Shown here piece after piece: positions 36,013 through 46,564 of a stretch of DNA of 64,000 nucleotides. The stretch's first letter is position 1, and each line of letters starts with the position of its first letter. The notes beneath the pieces are model-generated. The model made no database searches. It was given only the letters and a program-made list of their open reading frames with translations, and was not told where the DNA came from. Both the position numbers and the translations under genes were made by a program. The DNA lies in NCBI GenBank assembly GCA_963733555.1, contig CAVTDO010000001.1:64913-128912 (forward strand), written 5' to 3'. The DNA is from an uncultured Solirubrobacterales bacterium. GTDB lineage: Bacteria > Actinomycetota > Thermoleophilia > Solirubrobacterales > Solirubrobacteraceae.

Positions 36013-37599
36013 GTGGAGTACCCGGTCGAGAGCTTCACCGAGCCTGAGCGTGAGCGTCTGCGGGCGCATTTCACGAATCTCGACCGACCCGTCTTCGGGC
36101 TCGTCAACCTGCCGGAGACCGTCAAGGGGGCGCTCTTTGCTCGCTACAGCCGCTATCCCGGCACGCTGCGGCGGCTGTTCCTGGACGAGTTCGCCGCCGA
36201 TCTCCCGACCACCGGGGGTTGGGACGGCGGCGAGGGGGCTCGCGCGTCCGAGCTCTACGAGCGGATCTTCGTCGGCTTCGGTGATGACTCGGTGGCGCAG
36301 CTGGGCGGCGCCCACGTGGCCTGCGAGTGGGTCTCGAATGTCCTGACGAAGATCCTCCAGCGCCCACGGCTCGGCGCCTACCTCGAGCAGTCGACTCGCT
36401 ACATCGCCTACGACGCCCCCATGCCGGAGCCGCCTGGGGGCTATCGCTACTACCGGGACCCCGAGCTCGGACCGCACTACGTGGAAGCGATGGATGAGCT
36501 CTTCACCACCTACTCGCGCTCGCTTCCGCGTGTCGTCGCCTGGGCGGACCGGGAGTTCCCCCGGCGCGCCGACGAGCCGGGCCCGGCGCACGCCCGCGCC
36601 ATCAAGGCCAAGGCGCTCGACCTGCTCCGAGGACTCCTCCCGGCGAGTTCGCTCTCCCACATGGGGATCTACGCCACGGGCCAGACCTACGAGCAGCTGA
36701 TCCTCCATCTGATGGCCCACCCCCTGCCTGAAGCACAGTCCTACGGGCGGATGATCCTCGAGGAGATCCAGGCGGTGATGCCGAGCTTCGTGTCCCGCGT
36801 CGAGCGGCCGGAGCGGGGCGGCGAATGGGTCCGGTATCTGGAAACACGCACCCGGGCGGGGGAGCGCTGGTCCGAGCGCCTGGGGCTGCAGGAGCCGGGC
36901 GAGATGGATCCCGGCCCCTCGGTCAAGCTCCTGCGCGCCGAGGGCGATGAGGACGACCTCCTCGCCGCGCTCCTCTTCGAGTCAAGCCATGGGTCCGAGG
37001 AAGCGATCCGGGACGCCGTGGGTGGCCTGGGCGGCGAAGAGCGGGAGGAGCTCCTGGGCGCGCTGGTGGGCCGGCGCTCGAACCGCCGCCACCGTCCCGG
37101 GCGCGGCTTCGAGGCACTTCGCTACCGGTTCGAGATCGTCGCGGATTACGGTGCCTTCCGTGACCTCCAGCGTCACCGCATGTTGACCGTGCAGTGGCAG
37201 TCGCTCACTCCTGACCTCGGCGCCGGGGTCCCCGAGCAGGTCGAGCTGGCGGGCTGTGGCGATGACTACCGCCGGGCGCTTGAGATCTCGGCCACCGAGT
37301 ACGAAAGGCTGCGAGACCAAGGCCTGCCCATGGCGGCGCCCTATGCCCTCTGTCTCGGCTACCGGATCCGTTTCATCCTTGACCTCAACGCCCGGGAGGC
37401 GATGCAGCTGATCGAGCTCCGCTCGGGCCGCGAGGGTCATCCGAGCTACCGCGCCGTGGCCCATGAGATGCATTCCCAGATTGCCTCGGTTCACCCGGCG
37501 GTCGCGGGGGCCATGCGGCACGTCGATCGGGAGGCGGAGCCGCGGCTTGAGCGGATCCTCTCGGAGATGCGCAGCCACGCTCGGGCGGGCGGCGGGTAG
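36013..37599 (+). CDS. thyX: FAD-dependent thymidylate synthase, long tandem-domain form
   Basis: Two ThyX-like halves: 'LQRPRLGAYLEQSTRY' and 'YGAFRDLQRHRM'; 'GFGDDSVAQLG', 'IELRS...GHPSYR'. Confidence 0.85.
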   Translation: MEYPVESFTEPERERLRAHFTNLDRPVFGLVNLPETVKGALFARYSRYPGTLRRLFLDEFAADLPTTGGWDGGEGARASELYERIFVGFGDDSVAQLGGAHVACEWVSNVLTKILQRPRLGAYLEQSTRYIAYDAPMPEPPGGYRYYRDPELGPHYVEAMDELFTTYSRSLPRVVAWADREFPRRADEPGPAHARAIKAKALDLLRGLLPASSLSHMGIYATGQTYEQLILHLMAHPLPEAQSYGRMILEEIQAVMPSFVSRVERPERGGEWVRYLETRTRAGERWSERLGLQEPGEMDPGPSVKLLRAEGDEDDLLAALLFESSHGSEEAIRDAVGGLGGEEREELLGALVGRRSNRRHRPGRGFEALRYRFEIVADYGAFRDLQRHRMLTVQWQSLTPDLGAGVPEQVELAGCGDDYRRALEISATEYERLRDQGLPMAAPYALCLGYRIRFILDLNAREAMQLIELRSGREGHPSYRAVAHEMHSQIASVHPAVAGAMRHVDREAEPRLERILSEMRSHARAGGG

Positions 37600-37624
37600 A
37601 GCCGCCCGCAGCGCGCCCGCCGGC

Positions 37625-40492
37625 CTAGAGTCCTCTGACCCCGGCCTGGATCGTCACCGGCTCGATCCGTGAGCCGGTGAGCACGAGCGTCGCGTGCCAG
37701 CTGCCGCGGCTCGGCGCCACGAGCTCGGACAGGGTGACTGTGGCCTGGCCCCGCCGCACCACGGCATGGCCGAGGCCGATCACGGCTCCGCCCCGGGACA
37801 GGCGCATGCTCACGCTCCCCTGGATCTGGGAGTAGGCGGGGAAGCTCACGGCGCAGCGGATTCGGCTGCCCGCCCGGTGCGCGCACCTGACGTTCGCTGT
37901 CGGTCCCGACCCGGCCCGTCCCGCGCGCTCGATGAACCGCGTTCCAACCAGCCGGGTGTCGCCGTTGAAGTCGGTCAGCGTCCAGAGGGCCTCGTAGCGT
38001 CCGGGGACCAGCGCCGGCACAACGGCGCCACTGCGGGTGTCAACGTTGCGGAGGGTGAGAATCCTGGTCCCGCCGGCGGTGTAGATGCTCAGCGAGATCC
38101 GCGTCACCACGTCGGTGGGAAGAACGTCGTTGCTGGCCAGGGCGAGGCCGGACTCGGCCAGGGCGGTGAAGCGGCCGTACATGGTCTCGCCCTCTATCGG
38201 TGAGGTGTCCTCGATGTCGGGCACCTCGGTCTCGGTGACTCCGCCGCTGCGATCGTCGGTCTGGGCGATGCTGGTGCTGGGCAGGCCGGCCGCGTGCCCG
38301 TTGCTCGGACAGACCTGTCCGGTCAGCGCCGCCCCGCCCGTGGTCGGATTGGTGGGATCGGTCGGCAACCCCGCCGCCGTCGTTGTGGGCGGCTTGGTCA
38401 GCGGGGTGCCGAAGTAGTCGCCGGCCTGGCAGGTCCCCCCGCCGATGAACGCCTGCTCGCCGAGGATCCGCACCTTCAGATGGGCTACGCGCAGGGTGGT
38501 CAGGCTGCGTACGCCGTTGGACAGCGAGACCAGGTCGCCGCGGCGCACCCGTAGCGACGCCACCACGAGACCCGTGTTATCGGCGTTCGCCGGCGCGCGC
38601 TCGCGGCCATCGATGACCGTGTAGCGCTCACCGGGCACGAGCCCGGTGCAGGCGACCTCCTGGAACTCCAGGTCGGCCGTGCAGTTGGGAAAGCCCCCTG
38701 GGGTGAAGGTCGTGAGCGGGCTCTGGAAGGCCGGAAGCGAGCCTGCCTCGCCCACCGGCGCGGTGAGGCTGACCAAGCCGCCGAAGAGGTTGGGGGCGGG
38801 GGCCGTCGGCGCGTCGAAGGCGCGGTTGTCGTTGGAGGTCCAGGTCAGGGTGTCGCCACGCGTGATGTGCGGGGTGCTGGCCGTGGCCGCGTCGGTCTCG
38901 GTGTTGCAGAGTTCGTTGGGCGACTCCCTGGACGCGACGCCGTCGAGGGTGAAGCCGAGCGTTCCGACCTGGAAGCACGGGGCCATGGTCAGCGACGAGC
39001 CGCTCGGCCCGTTCGAGGCCAGGCTGCCCTCATCCATCGCCGTCCAGCCCATCCAGCCGGCCTCGGTGAACGGGTTTCCGCCGTTGCCGGTCAGGATCAC
39101 CTGATGGTTCGGCGTCGGCGCGTTCGCTCCCGTGTAGTCGATATCGATCTCATCCCGGTCGTCCCCCGGGGCATGCTTGCCCAGCGACAGGCGCCAGCTT
39201 CCGTCGCCCGCGGTGAGAGTCGAAGCGCGGGCCACGGTCACCGGACTGCCGCTCAGTCCCTCCCGCAGCAGCGAGACCTGGACCCGGATCCCGCCGCCGC
39301 CGGGCCGGTTGACGTTGCCGGTGATCACTGGGTTGAACTGCCTGAGGTTGACCTGGGGCAGGGGCAGCTGACTCGTCGTTGTGGAGCTCGACTGGACGCA
39401 GTCGGCGTTGCCCCCTGCGTCGGAGTTGGCCCAGATCTCCTGGAGCAGATACTCGTGCCCGTTGATCACCTGGTTATAGGGCGAGCCGTCGGGAGCGAAG
39501 CCGAGCGGGGTCCCAGTCTGGGGCCCGGTCTCACACTTGTCGGCCACCTCGTTGCCGTTGGGATCCATCCAGCCGTTGCCCTCGGGGTCGGTGATCGCCT
39601 CGTTGGTCTCGTGGCTGGCCGCGTCGATCGCCACCTCGGCGTCGGGGTACCCCTGCGGATCGGCACCGGGCCCCACCGGAGCCTCGATGATCGGGTCGAT
39701 GCCCACCGCGTAGATGGTCACCCCGTGTCCGCGGATGTCCGACACGGAGTGGTAGGCCGCGAAGGCATTCGTCCCGCACGAGCCGGGACCGATGCACTCA
39801 TCGACGCCGGGGGGCAGGAAGACCAACCAGAGGTTGGTCAGCCCCCGCGGGGTGCCTGGCGTGCTCTGGATGATGTCGTCGATTTCGGCCTGGATCTGAG
39901 CATCGGTGAGGCACACCGCGGTGCCGGCCGGCGAAGCGCACTGGTAGGTCTTGCTGGGGTAAGGGTCGGTGTCGTTGACCGAGTCGCTGGCCGGGTTGTA
40001 ACTGATGCTGTAGGAGCCCGGGACGATCTGAGCCGCCGTCGTCCCGGAGCCGTATTGGCGCGCGACGGTGAAGATGTTGCAGTCCGCATTGGTACACATG
40101 CCTGAAGAGCCGGTGGCGGCGGCGACGTCGCTGAAGAACTGCTGAATCAGCCCCGTGTAGGTTGGGGTTCCCCCGCCGGGTGAGCCCTGGAAGGGATGGC
40201 CGGGTGCATTCCAGAAGATCGTGTGCACCCTGACGCCACCCGACATCGCCGGGCCACCGTGGTAGAGGAGCGGCGTCAGGGCGCCGCTGGCGACGTCGTG
40301 GGCGACCAGGCGGCCCTGCCGGTCGGCTGGGGCCACCAGGCCGAGCGCGCCCTTTATCCGAGGCCGGAACGCCGTGGCGCCCTGAGCCGGCACCGCGAGC
40401 GTGAGTAGGCAGCCCAGCGCAGCCGCCATGAGGCTCAGCCTGGTGAGCAGCGTGAGGCCCCCGCGAGCCGTGTGGCTTGCTGTTTCTCGCAT
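37625..40492 (-). CDS. Large secreted protein with N-terminal Phi-1/EXORDIUM-like domain and about 500 aa of unassigned beta-rich domains
   Basis: Signal peptide ending AVPAQG; 'LLYHGGP.M...VHTIFW', 'FAAYHS', 'ASHETNEAITDP.GNGW.D..GNEVADKC', 'YLLQEIW' motifs. Confidence 0.65.
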   Translation of the reverse strand: MRETASHTARGGLTLLTRLSLMAAALGCLLTLAVPAQGATAFRPRIKGALGLVAPADRQGRLVAHDVASGALTPLLYHGGPAMSGGVRVHTIFWNAPGHPFQGSPGGGTPTYTGLIQQFFSDVAAATGSSGMCTNADCNIFTVARQYGSGTTAAQIVPGSYSISYNPASDSVNDTDPYPSKTYQCASPAGTAVCLTDAQIQAEIDDIIQSTPGTPRGLTNLWLVFLPPGVDECIGPGSCGTNAFAAYHSVSDIRGHGVTIYAVGIDPIIEAPVGPGADPQGYPDAEVAIDAASHETNEAITDPEGNGWMDPNGNEVADKCETGPQTGTPLGFAPDGSPYNQVINGHEYLLQEIWANSDAGGNADCVQSSSTTTSQLPLPQVNLRQFNPVITGNVNRPGGGGIRVQVSLLREGLSGSPVTVARASTLTAGDGSWRLSLGKHAPGDDRDEIDIDYTGANAPTPNHQVILTGNGGNPFTEAGWMGWTAMDEGSLASNGPSGSSLTMAPCFQVGTLGFTLDGVASRESPNELCNTETDAATASTPHITRGDTLTWTSNDNRAFDAPTAPAPNLFGGLVSLTAPVGEAGSLPAFQSPLTTFTPGGFPNCTADLEFQEVACTGLVPGERYTVIDGRERAPANADNTGLVVASLRVRRGDLVSLSNGVRSLTTLRVAHLKVRILGEQAFIGGGTCQAGDYFGTPLTKPPTTTAAGLPTDPTNPTTGGAALTGQVCPSNGHAAGLPSTSIAQTDDRSGGVTETEVPDIEDTSPIEGETMYGRFTALAESGLALASNDVLPTDVVTRISLSIYTAGGTRILTLRNVDTRSGAVVPALVPGRYEALWTLTDFNGDTRLVGTRFIERAGRAGSGPTANVRCAHRAGSRIRCAVSFPAYSQIQGSVSMRLSRGGAVIGLGHAVVRRGQATVTLSELVAPSRGSWHATLVLTGSRIEPVTIQAGVRGL

Positions 40493-40550
40493 CTTGTCGC
40501 CGCCCTCCCCCACGAGCGTCTGGCGACGGTAGCTCAGCTACTGGCGTCAG

Positions 40551-42128
40551 TCAAACGCCCGGTGACTGCTCCCGCTGGCGCAGCTCGATCCGCCTGATCT
40601 TGCCGGTCAGGGTCTTGGGCAATTCGTCCACGAACTCGACCTGGCGCGGGTAGGCGTAGGCGGAGAGGTGGTCGCGGACGAAGGCCTTGATCTCCTCGGC
40701 CAGGGCCTCCGTGGGCTCGTGGCCCGCAGCCAGCACGACGAACGCCTTGACGACGTTTCCGCGCCGCTCGTCCGGCGCGGCCACCGCCGCCGCCTCCGCG
40801 ACGGCCGGATGCTCCAGGCACGCGGACTCGACCTCGAAGGGCCCGATCCGGTAGCCGGCGGAGATGATCACGTCATCGGCGCGGCCCTCGTACCAGAAGT
40901 AGCCGTCCTCGTCGGTACGGGCGGCGTCCTTGGTGTGGAACCAGTCCCCGCCGAACACCTCCTCGGAGTCCCGTGGCCGGTTCCAGTAGCCCAGCGGGTA
41001 GTGGGGGTTGGAGCGCGCCTTGAGGCAGATCTCCCCCCGCTCCCCCTGCTTGACCGGGCGCTCGTCCTCGTCGAGGATCGCCACCTCCCACCCGGGCATG
41101 GGGCGCCCCATGGAGCCCTCACGGACCTCCATGAAGGGATAGTTGGCCACGAGCGGATAGGACTCGGTGAGACCGTAGTAGTCGAGCACGGTGAGGCCGT
41201 ACTGCTCCCGAAACCAGCGAATCGCCTCCGGGTTCAGGGGCTCTCCGGCGGAACAGACGATGCGGAACTTCTGCGGATACCTGGTCCCGGCGTCCTCGAT
41301 CGACATCATCGAGCGGATCGCCGTCGGAGTTCCGAATACGTTGGTCACCTCGTGGCGGGAGAGGAACGCCAGCTGCTTGTGAGGGTCGAACCCGCCCTCG
41401 CGCTGATAGACGGCCTGGACCGCGCCGTGCCGCCAGGGGCCGATGAGGGGGCAGATGCCGGCCGCCCACGCCCACTCACCCATACCGTGGAAGACCTCGC
41501 CGTCGCGCACGTCGTGGCAGTAGATGAACTCCTCGTGCGCGAGCAGGTAGCGGTGAGCGTGGAGGATGCCCTTGGCCAGGCCCGTGGTCCCGGAGGAGTA
41601 GTAGAGCTGGGCCGGGTCCTCCGCGGCGGTGTCGACACAGTTGAAGGCGGGGCCGCCCTGGCCCAGCAGCTCGTCGTCGAGGATCAGCAGGTGCTCGACG
41701 AGTGAGCGCTCGACGCGGTCGGCATTGGCGGCATTGGTCAGGAGCACCTTGGGCTGCGAGTCGGTCATCCGGTGACGAATGCCGTCATCGCCGTAGAGCA
41801 CGGACATCGAGAGGAGGATCGCTCCGGTCTTCCAGGTTCCGAAGAAGGCCGCCGCGGTCTCCGGCGTCGGAGGCAGGAGCATGGCCACGCGGTCGCCCGG
41901 CTCGACGCCATGAGCGGCGAGCACGTTGGCGAAGCGGTTCGATTTCTCCTGGATCTCGCCCCACTCGACCCGCCGGACCGTGCCCTGGAAATCCTCGTGG
42001 ATCATCGCCAGCTTGTCTGCGGGATGGCGGTCGCAGACGTCGGCGGCGATGTTGTAGCGCTCTGGCACCACCCAGCGGTGCTCGTCGCGGGCCTGCTCGT
42101 AGGAGGTGATGCGGGCGGATGAGGTCAT
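40551..42128 (-). CDS. Short/medium-chain acyl-CoA synthetase (AMP-binding)
   Basis: 'YYSSGTTGLAKG', 'SAGEPLNP', 'DYYGLTES', 'GRADDVI.SAGYRIGPFEVE', 'KTLTGKIRR'. Confidence 0.92.
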   Translation of the reverse strand: MTSSARITSYEQARDEHRWVVPERYNIAADVCDRHPADKLAMIHEDFQGTVRRVEWGEIQEKSNRFANVLAAHGVEPGDRVAMLLPPTPETAAAFFGTWKTGAILLSMSVLYGDDGIRHRMTDSQPKVLLTNAANADRVERSLVEHLLILDDELLGQGGPAFNCVDTAAEDPAQLYYSSGTTGLAKGILHAHRYLLAHEEFIYCHDVRDGEVFHGMGEWAWAAGICPLIGPWRHGAVQAVYQREGGFDPHKQLAFLSRHEVTNVFGTPTAIRSMMSIEDAGTRYPQKFRIVCSAGEPLNPEAIRWFREQYGLTVLDYYGLTESYPLVANYPFMEVREGSMGRPMPGWEVAILDEDERPVKQGERGEICLKARSNPHYPLGYWNRPRDSEEVFGGDWFHTKDAARTDEDGYFWYEGRADDVIISAGYRIGPFEVESACLEHPAVAEAAAVAAPDERRGNVVKAFVVLAAGHEPTEALAEEIKAFVRDHLSAYAYPRQVEFVDELPKTLTGKIRRIELRQREQSPGV

Positions 42129-42191
42129 GGGCGCATGATTGCGCTCCGCCGCCGCCGCCTCAACCGACAGTAAGCTGTGAGCTGAGAGGAG

Positions 42192-43416
42192 ATGGATTTC
42201 GCAATCGGAATCCTGCTTGGGGTAGGGCTTGCCCTGATCATGGCCGCCGCTTGGACGGTCATCAAGGCTCGGCGCGCGCAGGAGGCGCCGGAGGCGATCG
42301 GAATGCAGTCCGCGCTCCATGCCGCCACGGCAACGCTCCCGCATCTGCGCCGAGGACTGACGAGCCGAAGCGCCGAGAAGGCGGTCCCCCATCTGCGCGC
42401 CCTCACCGGCGCCGCGGCGATCGCGCTAGCCGACACCCGAGCCGTCCTGGCGATCGACGGCGAGGGGCGGGAGCAGGTGCGCCCGGGCGACCTCCTATCC
42501 GCGGCTGCTGGCCCGCACGCCGGATCACCGTGTCCACATCGAGCCCCGCCTCGTCTCCTCGGATCCCACCTGCCCGCTGCGCTCGGCGGTGCTGGCGCCG
42601 CTGGTCGTCCAGGGCAAGCGCGTGGGAACGCTGATCGCCTTCTACCGCGCCGTCGGGCGCCCGAGCCAGGCCGAGCTCCGAGTCGTCCAGGAGGCGGCGA
42701 GCCTGGTCTCGGCCCAGGTCGAGCTCTCGGTGGTGGCCGAGCAGGAGCGGCGTCTGGCCCAGGCCGAGCTGCGCGCGCTGCGGGCCCAGATCTCCCCGCA
42801 CTTCATCTACAACGCGCTGGCCGCCGTGGCGGGCGAGATCCACGACCGCCCCGAGGAGGCCCGGGAGCTCCTGATCGACTTCGCCCAGTTCACGCGCTAC
42901 CTGTTCCGCGACGGACGCTCCTACGTCACGCTGGGCGAGGAGATCGACCACGTCGAGCGCTACCTGCGCCTCGAGCAGGCCCGCTTCCGCGGACCTCAGC
43001 GTGACGATCGACGTTCCCGCCGAGGCGCGCGGCGCCGTGGTCCCCGCGATGTCGATCCAGCCGCTGGTCGAGAACGCGGTCCGGCACGGGGTCGAGCGGC
43101 GGGCCGGATCCGGGCGGGTCGAGATCGTCGGCCCGGATCACGGGCGGCGACGTCGAGCTGCGGGTGTGCGACGACGGCGCCGGGATCGAGCCCGAGCGCG
43201 TGCCCGTCGGTGCTGGCCGGCGCGGGCGGCGGAATCGGCGTCTCGAACGTGGACGCGCGGCTGCGGGCCACGTTCGGGGAGCGCTACGCGCTGCGGATCG
43301 AGTCCGGGGTCGGGCGTCGGGACGACGGCGGTGATGACGGTCCCGAACCTCCAGGCCGAGCCGCGAGCGGACTCGAGCTGGCGCCAGCCCATGGCCGCGA
43401 TGAGCACAGCGGCTGA
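42192..43416 (+). CDS. LytS/YehU-type sensor histidine kinase, several frameshifts
   Basis: One N-terminal TM; 'AELRALRAQISPHFIYNAL', 'VTLGEEIDHVERYLRLEQARF', 'MSIQPLVENAVRHG', 'DDGAG', 'GIGVSNV' across three frames. Confidence 0.85.
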
Positions 43417-44155
43417 AGATCCTCGCCGTCGACGACGAGCGCTCGCAGCTCCAGGATCTGGCCCGCCTGCTCCGCGGCTTCGCCGATGGTCGAGACGGTC
43501 GCAGTGCGCCGGCGACGGCCACGACGCGCTGGTCAAGGCCTCGGCCGAGTCCTACGACGCGATCTTCCTCGACGTGCGGATGCCGGATCTCGATGGCCTT
43601 GAGCTGGCCCGCGTGCTCCGCCGCTTCGCCGCGCCCCCGCAGCTCGTGTTCGTCACCGCCTACGACACGGCGGCCGTCGACGCCTTCGAGCTCCACGCCC
43701 TGGACTACCTGCTCAAGCCGGTCGGCCGCCGGCGGGTCGAGGAGGCGCTCGAGCGGGTCGCGGCGGCGGTCGGCCGAGTCGCCGAACGGCGAGCAGCGAG
43801 ACGCGACCGTCAGGCGGCGAGAGCGAGGTCGTGGCCGTGGCCAACGTGCGCTCGGGCTCGACCCGGCTCGATCCCCCGCAGCTCGATCCTCTACGTCCAG
43901 TCGCACGGCGACTTCGTGCGCGATCGTGGTCGAGGACGGCCGCTATCTGCTGCGCTCCACGCTGACCGACCTGGAGCATCGCTGGGAGCCGCACGGCTTC
44001 GTCCGCGTCCACCGCCAGTACGTGGCCAACCTCAACAAGGCCGTCGAGCTCCGCCCCCAGTTCGGCGGCACCGCCGAACTGGCCTTCGCCGACGGCCGCA
44101 CGATCCCCGTGGCCCGCCGGCACGTGGCCGAACTGGGACGCGACTGCGCGCTTAG
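43400..44155 (+). CDS. LytTR-family response regulator, several frameshifts
   Basis: 'KILAVDDE', 'FLDVRMPDLDG', 'FVTAY...AFELHALDYLLKP', and LytTR 'GFVRVHRQYVANL...IPVARR'. Confidence 0.85.
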   Translation: MSTAAEDPRRRRRALAAPGSGPPAPRLRRWSRRSQCAGDGHDALVKASAESYDAIFLDVRMPDLDGLELARVLRRFAAPPQLVFVTAYDTAAVDAFELHALDYLLKPVGRRRVEEALERVAAAVGRVAERRAARRDRQAARARSWPWPTCARARPGSIPRSSILYVQSHGDFVRDRGRGRPLSAALHADRPGASLGAARLRPRPPPVRGQPQQGRRAPPPVRRHRRTGLRRRPHDPRGPPARGRTGTRLRA

Positions 44156-44192
44156 GGGCGAGGGTTATGGGGAGGGGCTCAGAGGTGAGAGG

Positions 44193-44255
44193 CCTGCGGG
44201 CCGCTCCGAAAGGGTTCGCGCGCTAAGCGCAACGCCTTTCGGAGTGGCCCGCAGG
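44193..44255. terminator. Long hairpin between convergent lytR-like and acs genes
   Basis: 21-bp arms CCTGCGGGCCGCTCCGAAAGG / CCTTTCGGAGTGGCCCGCAGG (one G-T) with further inner pairing. Confidence 0.65.
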
Positions 44256-44263
44256 GTCCCGAT

Positions 44264-46412
44264 CTACTCGGACTTAGACCCGAACTCCGCGATCTCCTTC
44301 TCCTCCTCCTTGGAGAGCTCCTGGGTGTCCTCGCCGCGCTCCTTCTTGGTCGCCCTGGACCTGATCCGGATCTGCTCGACGACCTCCGGGTTGGCGAGCG
44401 TCGAGACGTCGCCGACGTCGGCGAAGTTGGAGATGCCGGCGATCACCCGGCGCATGATCTTGCCGACGCGGGTCTTCGGCATGTCGGGCACGACCCACAC
44501 GTTCTTGGGCCGGGCGATCTTGCCGATGTCCGTACTCGATCTGCGTCGGAGACCTTCTTGGCCACCTCCTCGTCGCGGCCCTCGACCTCCGGCTTGAGCG
44601 CGATGTACATCTCGACCACCTTGCCGCGCGTCTCGTCGAACACCGGGCACCGCGGCGGCCTCGGCCACCTCGTCGACCTCGATCGCCGCGGACTCGAGCT
44701 CCTTGGTCCCGAGGCGATGGCCGGCGACGTTGATCACGTCGTCGATCCGGCCCAGGATCCGGAAGTAGCCGTCCTCGGACTGCTGGGCGCCGTCGCCGCA
44801 CATGAACGGCCAGTCCTGCCAGTCCTTGCTGTTCGAGTCCTTGTTGAACCGCTTGTAGTAGGTGTCGATGAACCGCTCGTCCTGGCCCCACACGGTGAGC
44901 ATCCGGCCCGGCCACGGGTTGCGCACGCAGATGTAGCCCGCCTTGCCCGAGCCCTTGGGGATCTCCTCGCCGTTCTCGTCGTAGATCACGAGCTGGATGC
45001 CCAGCGCCGCGGGTCCGCAGCTGCCGGGCTTCATCGGCTGCAGGAAGGGCAGCGTCGAGCCGAGGAAGCCGCCGGTCTCGGTCATCCACCAGGTGTCGGT
45101 GATGGCCGCCTCGCCCTTGCCCGACGACCTTCCAGTACCAGCGCCACACGTCGGGCTCGATCGGCTCGCCCACGGTGGTCATGGTCTTGAAGTGGTAGTC
45201 GTACTTCGCCGGCTCGTCCGGCACCGACCTTGCGCAGCATCCGGATCGTCGTCGGCGCGGTGTGGAAGATGTCCACGCCGAGCTTCTCGGCGATCCGCCA
45301 CGGCCGCCCGGCATCCGGGTAGGTGGGCACGCCCTCGTACATGACGGTCGTCGTGCCCAGAGCCAGCGGCCCGTAGACGATGTAGGAGTGCCCGGTGATC
45401 CAGCCGATGTCGGCGAAGCACCAGTAGGTGTCCTCGGGGTGGATGTCCTGGTAGTACTTCGACGTCCCGGTGACGTAGCTCAGGTAGCCGCCGATCGAGT
45501 GCTGGGCGCCCTTGGGCCGGCCGGTCGTGCCGCTCGTGTACATCAGGAACAGCGTGTCCTCGGCCGCCATCGACTCGGGCTCGACCTCCTGGCCCTCGTA
45601 GTCCTTGAGCAGCTCGTCGACGAAGTAGTCGCGGCCCTCGACCATCTCCGACTCGGAGTGGTACTCGCCGGGGATGCGCCGGAAGACGAGGATCTTCTCG
45701 ACCTCGATCCCCTCCTTCTTGGCCGCCTCGACCGCCTCGTCGGCCTTGATCTTGTGGTCGATCAGATCGCCGTTGCGGTAGTAGGCATCCATCGTGACCA
45801 GGATCGTGCTCTTGGCGTCGCCCATCCGCTGGCCCGCAGGCCGCGCCGCTGAAGCCGCCGAACACCTGCGAGTGGATCACGCCCAGCCGCGCGCAGGCCA
45901 GCATCGCCACCGGCAGCTCGGGGACCATCGGCATGTGGAAGGTGACCCGGTCCTGCGGCTTGACGCCGCAGAAGTCCTTCAGCAGCGCGGCGAACTCGTT
46001 GACCCGGCGGTGCAGCTCCTTGTAGGTGATCTCGACCGGTCTCGTCGTCCTCGGGCTCGGCGACCCAGATGATCGCGTTCTCATCGCCGCGTGACTCGAG
46101 GTGCCGGTCGACGCAGTTGACGCACGCGTTCAGCTTCCCGCCGACCCACCACTTGAAGAACGGCGGGTTGCTCGTGTCGACGATCTCATCCCACTTCTTG
46201 TCCCAGTCGAGCAGCTCGGCGTACTCGACGAAGCAGTCCGGGAAGTTCTCCGGAGCGAAGCGCTCGAGGATCGACTTGTCGTTGGCGTTCGCCTGCTCCG
46301 TGTACTGCTCAGGCGGCTCGACGTACTCCTCTTCCCGCCAGTGGACGGCGATCTTGTCCTCGGAGTACTCGACCTCCTCCTCCGTGGCCGTGTCCTGGGT
46401 CGTGTCTGCCAT
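44264..46412 (-). CDS. acs: Acetyl-CoA synthetase (AMP-forming), multiple frameshifts
   Basis: '[14 protein letters not shown]', '[12 protein letters not shown]', '[20 protein letters not shown]', 'VGEPI', '[16 protein letters not shown]', 'PKTR.GKIMRR' across frames. Confidence 0.92.
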
Positions 46413-46564
46413 CGAGAGCCTCTCCTTCTCCGCTTGCGGGATCGACGAGCGCGACCGAGGCGCCGGCCCGGAGCGCCGGCGCCCTGGCGCTACAGATATG
46501 CGGCGAATCTGCCTGTTTACGTTACTACCAGCAGCCAGGCCGCTACCGTCGCTGCGGTCGAGGT

